From IMG/VR virus record IMGVR_UViG_3300045988_061461: a stretch of DNA of 53,833 nt; one strand, written 5' to 3'. Made by a program: the position numbers and the translations under genes. Below, piece by piece: positions 43,040-50,403 of this stretch (position 1 is its first letter; the number at the start of each line of letters is the position of its first letter). The stretch comes from a virus. The notes under the pieces are model-generated. The model saw nothing but the letters and a program-made list of their open reading frames with translations, did no database searches and had not been told where the DNA came from.

Positions 43040-43821
43040 TTTCCTCCTAATGCTTCGATTGTTCTCTTACCAGCAATACCGTCCCATTCCTTGTGATCCG
43101 AGAAGACAGTCTTCTGAAATTTAATTACGGTCGCTTTTGTCTTGCTTCGATAATTTCCGTTGTTAATATCAAGATTATCGAATCCTTTTTTAGCAAGAAG
43201 TTTTTTAAGTTCTTTAACTTCCGTTTTGTAAGGAGAACCGTATTTCAAGTTGTGAGAAAATTCGAATTCACTAGTACCAGGCTTCGACGGATTGACTGGT
43301 TTGATAGAATCGGTTTTAAGACCTGGATAAAGACCCATCTTATGCCAATATCTTTTATTATACTTTTCTTTTACAACTCCGTAAGCTCGTCCTTTAGCGT
43401 GGTACTGATAGCCGTTGTAATAAACACCAACATGCGTCTCATCGTTCGGGTTAGATGGGTTTACTCTAAACAAGAGTGTGAAATTTTCGAGTTTGTCTGT
43501 TCGTGTACATTTACTCCAGAGTGCATCGCAATCTCCTCGTCTAGTTCTAAGTCCCGACGATATCAAAGCTTTTGAAATGTAACCGGAACAATCGAAACCG
43601 TATACTTCAGTAGCACCTTTTTCGAAAAGAGCTTCTACAAACTTAACAGCGTTGTTCCGATTAATCCCAGGTGCTTCTTTTTTGTTGATTACAGCGATAT
43701 AATTCGCTTTTGTCATCTTAGTTTCGGTTCCACCCCATATGTAAGGCTGCCCAACAAACTTTTCAATGTAACTTATGAACCGGTTCTGAACAATTGTCAT
43801 TATCAATCCACCTACTTTCAT
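43027..43821 (-). CDS. endolysin: NlpC/P60 endopeptidase + PG_binding_1 domain
   Basis: Catalytic GFDCSGYIS and THVGVYY. C-terminal TKATVIKFQK...DGIAGKRTIEAL. SD GGAGG lies 7 nt upstream. Confidence 0.85.
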   Translation of the reverse strand: MKVGGLIMTIVQNRFISYIEKFVGQPYIWGGTETKMTKANYIAVINKKEAPGINRNNAVKFVEALFEKGATEVYGFDCSGYISKALISSGLRTRRGDCDALWSKCTRTDKLENFTLLFRVNPSNPNDETHVGVYYNGYQYHAKGRAYGVVKEKYNKRYWHKMGLYPGLKTDSIKPVNPSKPGTSEFEFSHNLKYGSPYKTEVKELKKLLAKKGFDNLDINNGNYRSKTKATVIKFQKTVFSDHKEWDGIAGKRTIEALGGKWIE

Positions 43822-43842
43822 GAGGTTTCCTCCGTGTAATTA

Positions 43843-43962
43843 CCAGACTGAGTAGACTTTAGGGGTCTTTTCGAAAGGATAGGACGGCTTGTTTACTGAA
43901 AGGAGAACTTTGGAAGAGAACAAAGGAGAATTTCAAAGACCCCTAAAGTCTACTCAGTCTGG
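43843..43962. repeat. 28-bp perfect inverted repeat with a 64-nt loop, directly upstream of the endolysin SD
   Basis: 43843-43870 ccagactgagtagactttaggggtcttt is the exact reverse complement of 43935-43962. Confidence 0.9.
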
Positions 43963-44190
43963 GGAATATCAAACAACTCTCCAAAAATCCCTCTGCGGGG
44001 TTTTTTCGAAGAGGCCGGCGACGACTAGGGGGTGGGTTATCCGCGACCCCCTCCCTACCCTCCTTTTATATTGGTATTGGTGGGTGTGGAGAGTTCATTC
44101 AAACAATTACAATTAATTTCTAAGAACAAACACAAAGTCTTTTCATTTAAATGTTTTTCTTTCCTGATGAAATTCATTGAAAGAATTGCT

Positions 44191-44529
44191 TTAATCAACA
44201 AGCTTTGACAATTCTTTCTCAACTACGATCTCTTCATTCGGGTTCAAAGGAAGAGAAGTTTCATCGTCAAGATCTTTAGTAACCTTCAAATAAATGTTTT
44301 GAAAGTCATACTTAATAATTTCGTCAATTGCTTCTTCAATTGCTTCTTGGTATTCAATGTCAGTAAATGAATTTGAAGTCTTCACTATTCGACCTAGAAA
44401 GGCAGAAGAATGGTAACCTTTTAATTCATCATACATATACCAGTGATAGAAATCCTCAAAAGGATCATAAGGATTATCCTTCGTAGTAATCATCGATTGA
44501 CGCATCAATTTCACTCTCCTTTCTTTCAT
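44191..44529 (-). CDS. hypothetical protein (start probably ATG 44505, MRQSMITT...)
   Basis: AAAGGAGAG lies before the ATG at 44505. Overlaps the 3' end of the RNAP gene. Confidence 0.55.
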   Translation of the reverse strand: MKERRVKLMRQSMITTKDNPYDPFEDFYHWYMYDELKGYHSSAFLGRIVKTSNSFTDIEYQEAIEEAIDEIIKYDFQNIYLKVTKDLDDETSLPLNPNEEIVVEKELSKLVD

Positions 44530-47335
44530 AATCTCGATCTTTCAAATACTTTCCAACAGTTGCCGAAGAAACGCCCAACGCTTTTGCGATTTCGATTAAA
44601 GTATAGTTATTTGAAGCGGCCATAGTTTTCATCTTATTAATCTGCCAAGGACGTAGTTGTTTTCGTTCTTTCGGCATGGATAGATCTTTTAATCGATCGG
44701 TGTCAGTATATTTCAGAATGCTATTGAGCTTACTGGCTGATATAGCTCCTTTCTGGATAGCTTCCCACTCCCTATCGCTTATGGTTATGGGAACACGTTT
44801 AGCACCGACATGCAGTCTCGCTTTAGTCAACTCCCTCTGACGTATCTTACGGAGTTGCTTTTTGTCATCTGCCAGATCCGGATTGTCGTTTATGAGTGAC
44901 TGAACTTTTGCGGCTGTTGTTACTTGCGCCATTCGTTCTCTAGGGTCATTCAACTTAGCCTTTGCCAGCTGGGCCATTAATGAATCGTATTCCTTCTGGT
45001 ATGTTGACTTGGCAACGGGATCATATTTCATGTCCTTGGTATGGACTATTTCAAGCCGGGCCTGGTTCGCTAGGGATTTCATCTTATTAGCATAGTCGGC
45101 ATAAGCTTGTTCTTGAGGGGTATTGTATTCCGAGATAAGTGTTCTTGCATCAGAGGTCTCCAGCATCTTATTACTACGCTGAGTTCTCTTCTTAAACTTT
45201 CCTGTTGGTATGGTTTTCTTTCCTGTTACAGGATCTTTCTTCTTTACCTCGTAATACAGATCATCAGCCGTCTTCCAAATAAGTTCTCCTGTTTCAGGAT
45301 TAATAGTGGGCGAACCTTGACGCTTGTCGACTGTTTGCTGAGATTTAGCTCTCGACAGCAACGTTGCCGCAGCACCGTAACTACCATCAGGTTTCTTCTG
45401 CCACTTTCGTTTCAATCCATCAATGTCGTTCTCATATTCAGATCTCTTGTAATCGAGTTTGTGTTTTTCTGCATCAATTACAACCATACTATGTTTAACA
45501 GCTCTTGCGATTTCATCTTCACCAGCACCTTCAATAGTCATGTCAATAATCAGGTTTGTAATTACGCCCATTTCTTTTTGAGTTCCTGCTTTCGTCATTA
45601 CTTTCATACCTGGACGAGCAGCATATTCAACGTGCGGGTCGAAACCTTTAAGCTGTTCTAGAGGTTTGCTGTAAGAAATGTTAATACCATTCTTTCCAGT
45701 TGGAATGACCAAAGCTGTATCGCCGTCGTAATCGGCGCCAGATAGCTGTTGAGCAACCTTTGAATTAATACCAACTCCATCTGGAGAATCAGCACCAATA
45801 AGTTTTGCCCCTTCCCTATTCTTATTATTCACCTTAAGTTTTGGTATCTCGAAAATTCCTCCATGAGGAAACCGAACGAGACAAACTTCTTCTCCATCTT
45901 CATAGCCAGGAGCATATATTTCGTTGTCCTTTAATGATGGAACAGGAAGTAACACATGGTATTTTTGTCTGGGAAGGGCGGCTGCCTGAAGATGATAGGA
46001 AGCAGAGTCACAGTCTTTAGCAAAAGAATCTAATAGATACTTTCTCAAAGTCGGATTACTTACAGACATAATATCGTCGAACTCTGATTGTTTATCGGCT
46101 TTTGCCAAATTAAGCTGTCTGTTTATAAGTTTAATGTTCTGCTTTCCAAGAAATTGTGAAGGAAGCTTCGCTGAATAATCAGCCCAATCTCCTTCTTCTC
46201 TCATCTTATTAATCGGAGAAAGAACTTTTTCGCCCTTTTCATTTTCATAATAAGACTGTCCGTTTGGTTTAATGTATGCTCCAAATGGATTGTCCGGATC
46301 GTCATTCTTTATTGGTTTGAGAACAGTGTTGTCTTTTGGCCCAAGCATAGGTGTTCCTTTAGATTTGTTGGTATTAAACCGTATGTCTACGCCATCAGGA
46401 AGATCATCCGAATAGACCGCCATTCCCTTTAAGTAATGCGTTCCGTCAACAAGTATTCGAACCTGTGCATAGTTAGCGTTTCCGAGAGAGAGATCTGGAA
46501 CTCCTCGACGAAGTTCAATAACACCGTCACGATCAACACCGCCGTCTTCAGCATATTTGATCTGAATGCGCTTCGAATCTACACTACTCGGATACTTATA
46601 TGCATGAAAGGTTTCACCATCATCATTAGTCGCATAATCAGTAATCGAATGAATCTTGCTGTAATCATAGCTGTCTTTATAAGGAGTTCCTTTAGGACAA
46701 ATGACCTGAAGATTCGTTTTCTGATCTGGATTGGTTGCCTGATTTACAGAAGAATTGTAGACCGGATATCCTTCTCTTTCAAGAATATAAAGTGCCTGCT
46801 GAAGTTTCTCAGGACTTAAATTTCCAAGTTCTCGTTCAACACCAGTACCAACCATAATAATACCCTTTTCTTCAATCTGCTTTCTTATGAAGTCAGCGGT
46901 ATTATGAGCGGACATCATTCTACGTTCAGCGTCTTCATCTAAAAGACCTCGAACGGTTGACTCGTTCTTTAATCCAAGTCTCTTCGCAATCTCTCCATTA
47001 GAAAGACCTTCAGCTTTAAGTTTCTTAACATCAGCAACTGTTCGCATTCTTTCTTCTGCTTGTTCGACTGCAAGAATCTTTCTGTAAACACCAGAATTCA
47101 ACCCAAGAGATGCGGCGATAGCATTCTCTCCAGTAAGAACTTTTCCGTTCTCAACGAAAGTAATGTTTTCTGCTCGCAACTGTTTGACTCGTGCAAGAAA
47201 ATCGCCAGAATGCTGATAAGGATTTTCTCCTGAGCCCCAAGGATATCTTCCTGAATGTCGCTTAGTTCCATAATGAACGACATCGTCATCTACGAAAATA
47301 TCATAGTAAGAGACGAAATCCTCTTCATAGTTCAT
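44474..47335 (-). CDS. single-chain two-barrel (DPBB) RNA polymerase, YonO-like, with N- and C-terminal HTH domains
   Basis: Beta-like GTHYLKGMAVYSDDLPDGVDIRFNTN (aa 298-322). Beta-prime-like LVRFPHGGIFEIP...GADYDGDTALV (aa 486-543). HTHs LSNGEIAKRLGLKNESTVRGLL and YTLIEIAKALGVSSATVGKYL. Confidence 0.7.
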   Translation of the reverse strand: MNYEEDFVSYYDIFVDDDVVHYGTKRHSGRYPWGSGENPYQHSGDFLARVKQLRAENITFVENGKVLTGENAIAASLGLNSGVYRKILAVEQAEERMRTVADVKKLKAEGLSNGEIAKRLGLKNESTVRGLLDEDAERRMMSAHNTADFIRKQIEEKGIIMVGTGVERELGNLSPEKLQQALYILEREGYPVYNSSVNQATNPDQKTNLQVICPKGTPYKDSYDYSKIHSITDYATNDDGETFHAYKYPSSVDSKRIQIKYAEDGGVDRDGVIELRRGVPDLSLGNANYAQVRILVDGTHYLKGMAVYSDDLPDGVDIRFNTNKSKGTPMLGPKDNTVLKPIKNDDPDNPFGAYIKPNGQSYYENEKGEKVLSPINKMREEGDWADYSAKLPSQFLGKQNIKLINRQLNLAKADKQSEFDDIMSVSNPTLRKYLLDSFAKDCDSASYHLQAAALPRQKYHVLLPVPSLKDNEIYAPGYEDGEEVCLVRFPHGGIFEIPKLKVNNKNREGAKLIGADSPDGVGINSKVAQQLSGADYDGDTALVIPTGKNGINISYSKPLEQLKGFDPHVEYAARPGMKVMTKAGTQKEMGVITNLIIDMTIEGAGEDEIARAVKHSMVVIDAEKHKLDYKRSEYENDIDGLKRKWQKKPDGSYGAAATLLSRAKSQQTVDKRQGSPTINPETGELIWKTADDLYYEVKKKDPVTGKKTIPTGKFKKRTQRSNKMLETSDARTLISEYNTPQEQAYADYANKMKSLANQARLEIVHTKDMKYDPVAKSTYQKEYDSLMAQLAKAKLNDPRERMAQVTTAAKVQSLINDNPDLADDKKQLRKIRQRELTKARLHVGAKRVPITISDREWEAIQKGAISASKLNSILKYTDTDRLKDLSMPKERKQLRPWQINKMKTMAASNNYTLIEIAKALGVSSATVGKYLKDRDYERKESEIDASIDDYYEG

Positions 47336-47338
47336 AGC

Positions 47339-47896
47339 TTATTCCTCCTGTTTCTTTACTTTGTCAACGATCTTGTCGCTTAAAACAATTCTATTTATAA
47401 TATCGATAATTATTTCCGGTTCTGGATTAGCAATTAGTATATCATCATTTTGATAGATTCTCAATTCGTGTTTGATCGCCGTCGGTTTAAAATCATATTC
47501 CAAACAGAAAAGAGCATCATAAATCATAAGCTGCTCTATATGAGCTGGAATACTTCCTGTCTTTAGATCGTGGATTCTTAGAATCCCATCGTTAAAAGAA
47601 ATAGTATCGGCGGTTCCAAAACAATTGTCCGAATAATATAATATTTGTTCCGGCGTCATTCGAAAGCCAATAGCATCGTTAACATACATATTAAGAGTCT
47701 TTCTAATTCTCGGAAGCTTCTGTTTCAAACGAATACATGTTGCTGCAAATTCGTGAATCTCGGTTCCTCTTTGAGCAGCCAAGAAATTCTTGTAAGCCTC
47801 AGCAACTTTCTCATCAGAATAATTGATCCAATGATACTTACTTGCTCCCAAGAATGCATGCATTCCTTCAAGATTCGAATGCCTGTTGAATTTCAT
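47339..47896 (-). CDS. PD-(D/E)XK family nuclease
   Basis: AAGGAGGA lies before the ATG at 47896. Motifs GTEIHEF, ADTISF and RIHDLKTG. Confidence 0.6.
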   Translation of the reverse strand: MKFNRHSNLEGMHAFLGASKYHWINYSDEKVAEAYKNFLAAQRGTEIHEFAATCIRLKQKLPRIRKTLNMYVNDAIGFRMTPEQILYYSDNCFGTADTISFNDGILRIHDLKTGSIPAHIEQLMIYDALFCLEYDFKPTAIKHELRIYQNDDILIANPEPEIIIDIINRIVLSDKIVDKVKKQEE

Positions 47897-48158
47897 TAAG
47901 TACGTCCTCCTTGTTCTCTGGGTATATAAAAGATGCATAACTCATTTCGTTCATCGTTTTGACGTAATAGTCTTGATTCGGACGATGAGAGGCATTCTTA
48001 TTTTTCTTTCCTTCCAAGGCCGCCCATTTATTCTTATATAGAATCAAAAGATCTGGAACGCCTTGTCTTTCTGTCGGATCCAGATGAAAAACATAAGAGC
48101 CTGGAAATCGTTTTTCAATTTCTTTGATCAGGTTCGTTTTAAATTTGTTCTCCAACAT
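47868..48158 (-). CDS. VRR-NUC domain nuclease
   Basis: GVPDLLILYKNKWAALEGKK...RPNQ (D-E-K plus Q). Confidence 0.6.
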   Translation of the reverse strand: MLENKFKTNLIKEIEKRFPGSYVFHLDPTERQGVPDLLILYKNKWAALEGKKNKNASHRPNQDYYVKTMNEMSYASFIYPENKEDVLNEIQQAFES

Positions 48159-48210
48159 AATGAGACTCCTTAATAATAAAATTAATAGGAAAGGTCCTAT
48201 TCTACCCTCT

Positions 48211-48237
48211 CCTATAAAAGGGGATGTTTTTCTCGCG
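48211..48237 (-). promoter_or_regulatory. variant CGCGAGAA-N10-TTTTATAGG promoter (P13) for the nuclease-RNAP operon
   Basis: Minus strand reads CGCGAGAAAAACATCCCCTTTTATAGG. Confidence 0.4.
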
Positions 48238-48255
48238 AGGTACCCACACTCTTAC

Positions 48256-48330
48256 CAATCGTCCGTACAGTCTTATAATTCTTCACAATCGTTCGTACAG
48301 TCTTATAACTCACCGCAAGCATCCGTACAT
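48256..48330. repeat. 30-bp-period direct repeats CAATCGT(C/T)CGTACAGTCTTATAA x2, plus a partial third copy
   Basis: 48256-48278 and 48286-48308 differ at 1 position. CATCCGTACAT at 48320. Confidence 0.8.
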
Positions 48331-48371
48331 TTGCAGCTCCCGCAAATCGACAAAAATTCACTGAAAACCCG

Positions 48372-48642
48372 TTTGCCCAGTTTGCCCAGTTTTTTTCTCC
48401 AGTTATATATAAATATATATATATTTTTTCGCGTAATAAGAAAAAAAAGTGGGCAAAGTGGGCAGAGGCCTAATTTTTCCCTAAATATCTAGGTTTTTTC
48501 ATGCCCACTTTTGTTTTTAAAACTGGGCAAATGCCCACTTTTTCTGGGCAAAAATTCAAAAATTTTCAAAAATTCTATCTAAAATTTTAAAAATTTCTAA
48601 AAATTCAAAAACAAAAGTGGGCAGAGAAATAAAAAGTGGGCA
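48372..48642. repeat. iteron cluster: 10 copies of the core TGGGCA (mostly AAGTGGGCA) in both orientations, flanking AT-rich phased A-tracts; candidate replication origin
   Basis: Copies at about 48372, 48381 (rc), 48447, 48456, 48501 (rc), 48521, 48531 (rc), 48543, 48615 and 48634. A/T tract 48550-48612. TA run 48405-48428. Confidence 0.6.
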
Positions 48643-48691
48643 AAAAAGAAGAGGAGCTGCAGCAGTCGCGACCCCATCTTCTCTTCGTTTT

Positions 48692-49033
48692 TTAGTTCTT
48701 TTCAGTATCGATTCTCTTCAAAGAGTCTTCGTACGTAAACCCGTTAGGATATCTTTTCCGCAATTTGTTGATGTTCATCCTAGCAATTGTTTCCAAATCA
48801 ACACCCAACTCATGTGCCGTAATCGCCAAATACCAGAGCACATCTCCGAGTTCTTGCTCCAAGTTATATATGTCTAATCCGTGTCCTTGAAAGAGGAATT
48901 TTTTAATAATATCAAGCGCTTCTCCAGATTCGCTATTCATTCCCATGATACCTTCTTCAAGGCGTCTGTAAGGCTCTAGAATGGCCTTATTTTGGGTTTT
49001 CAGGGCTTCTCTTTGGTACTCGTTTAGATTCAT
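48692..49033 (-). CDS. MazG-like nucleoside triphosphate pyrophosphohydrolase
   Basis: EESGEALD...ELGDVLWYLAITAHELGVDLE...NINKLRKRY. Confidence 0.8.
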   Translation of the reverse strand: MNLNEYQREALKTQNKAILEPYRRLEEGIMGMNSESGEALDIIKKFLFQGHGLDIYNLEQELGDVLWYLAITAHELGVDLETIARMNINKLRKRYPNGFTYEDSLKRIDTEKN

Positions 49034-49051
49034 TTTATCTCCTTTTTATGA

Positions 49052-49744
49052 TCAAATATTGGGCCAGTGTTCGATTTCTTTGTAGAATGCATGATAAAGC
49101 AGCGTCACTCTCGTTACCGGTCCGATTCCACCACGGAAAGGTGTACGAGCAAGCCAACTATCGGTGTCTTCGAAATTATTACCAATATCAAACAGAACTA
49201 TTTTTTCAGCATTTTCTGGCGTGTCAAAGTATACATAATTAGGAGCCGCTGAAACAATGATATCAGCATTACTCAGTTTTTCTTCAAGATTCTTTGTGAA
49301 GGAATGACAAAGTGTAACCGTTGCATTTTGCTGATTCAGAAGTTCGAAGATAGCTTTTCCGACATTATCAGATCGACCGATTATACAGACGTCTTTACCC
49401 TTGACATTAATTTTCCAGAATTTAAGCAAATGAGCAAGAGCTTCCGCGGTACAACCAAACATCTGTCCTCCGTCAAGATCTTTAGCCGGATCAACTGCAG
49501 TGGACTTATCGATGCAGATTTCTCCCGAAGCTTCTCTGTTTTTGTATTCTCTGGCATTGAATATAGCGATTCCGACTTCGTTTCCGTATTGTTTAATACC
49601 CCTGTAATACGGATCACGAATATCTTCGCAATAGACTTTAATAGAGGGATTGAACGCCGGATTCAATTGTTTTCGAAGTTTGATCGCTTCTTTGAGATCT
49701 TCAAGACCTCTCTTTGCCAGTTCGGTTCCACGAATATAATACAT
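49052..49744 (-). CDS. folD: FolD-like methylene-tetrahydrofolate dehydrogenase/cyclohydrolase (shortened N-domain)
   Basis: CTAEALAHLL..VKGKDVCIIGRSDNVGKAI..ATVTLCHSFTKNL...ADIIVSA...TPFRGGIGPVTRVTL parallels E. coli FolD. YRGIK matches the YxxxK motif. Confidence 0.8.
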   Translation of the reverse strand: MYYIRGTELAKRGLEDLKEAIKLRKQLNPAFNPSIKVYCEDIRDPYYRGIKQYGNEVGIAIFNAREYKNREASGEICIDKSTAVDPAKDLDGGQMFGCTAEALAHLLKFWKINVKGKDVCIIGRSDNVGKAIFELLNQQNATVTLCHSFTKNLEEKLSNADIIVSAAPNYVYFDTPENAEKIVLFDIGNNFEDTDSWLARTPFRGGIGPVTRVTLLYHAFYKEIEHWPNI

Positions 49745-49905
49745 TATTTATTGTCCTTTCTTTTTGCGTAAGCTTCGCCAAAGTTATTTAAGAACAAGAA
49801 AAGCTGAATAGCGAATCCTAGTGACCAAAGAATCCAGAAAATTATTCCAGGATCGCTCATTGTATTAATGGCAATATACAATATCAATGCGTACAGTATG
49901 ATCAT
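49744..49905 (-). CDS. 53-aa two-TM peptide, not in the track
   Basis: MIILYALILYIAINTMSDPGIIFWILWSLGFAIQLFLFLNNFGEAYAKRKDNK. ATGA and TAATG overlaps with its neighbours. Confidence 0.45.
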   Translation of the reverse strand: MIILYALILYIAINTMSDPGIIFWILWSLGFAIQLFLFLNNFGEAYAKRKDNK

Positions 49906-50132
49906 TTCTCAACCTCCAAATTTTGAGTTATTTCGAGAGTGTCACGATATGTTTGAAGTCTGAGCTTTTCAGAATATTTACACAAACTTTCGATTCGTTT
50001 TTCGTAGTTCCGTTGCATTATATCTTTCTCTCTTTGAAGGTTCTTGAGAGCCGTTTCAAGAGCGATTCTACGATCTTTCTCATAAGAATAAAGATTGATC
50101 CAAGCGCATATGCAATCATTCGCCGTCTTCAT
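49902..50132 (-). CDS. hypothetical coiled-coil protein (76 aa)
   Basis: ORF in the gene chain. Confidence 0.55.
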   Translation of the reverse strand: MKTANDCICAWINLYSYEKDRRIALETALKNLQREKDIMQRNYEKRIESLCKYSEKLRLQTYRDTLEITQNLEVEK

Positions 50133-50403
50133 GTCTGATGAACTCCTTATACAAAATTAATAGAAAATTTATTTTTGTTTGACAAATGAGAATGTCTTCA
50201 TGCCAATTCTGAATTTGTTCGTCCGTAGGGTCTGACACACTTGATAGTTCATAGAGGACATCGTTCCATTTACTCTGAACAAGTTTTGTCTTTTTAGAAA
50301 TCCAATCTTTAAGTTTATATCGGTTGATAAGAGATCCTATGAACAAACCAAGAATTAAAAAGCTTCCTGAGAATATCAATGCCTGAATTAGCGTGAGTTG
50401 CAT
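50116..50403 (-). CDS. N-anchored membrane protein (95 aa)
   Basis: TM helix LIQALIFSGSFLILGLFIGSLI. Confidence 0.55.
   Translation of the reverse strand: MQLTLIQALIFSGSFLILGLFIGSLINRYKLKDWISKKTKLVQSKWNDVLYELSSVSDPTDEQIQNWHEDILICQTKINFLLILYKEFIRHEDGE

Noticed and set aside
43990-44075. Known riboswitch (ZTP/pfl, preQ1, guanidine) in the GC-rich island
   Set aside because: I could not match the conserved cores I remember (for example the GGGUCGUGACUGGCG...CCGCCUGGGC of ZTP). The downstream gene is an endolysin, not a metabolic gene. The element is kept only as an unexplained structure.
43889-44116. Plus-strand 75-aa ORF across the inverted repeat and GC island
   Set aside because: It has a non-ATG start, no SD, and would be the only plus-strand gene. 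It is an artefact of the GC-rich stretch.
48372-48642. Possible CRISPR array, because of the many short repeats
   Set aside because: The repeat units are only about 9 bp and occur in both orientations with irregular spacing. There are no 25-40-bp repeat/spacer units and no cas genes. They are better explained as iterons of an origin.
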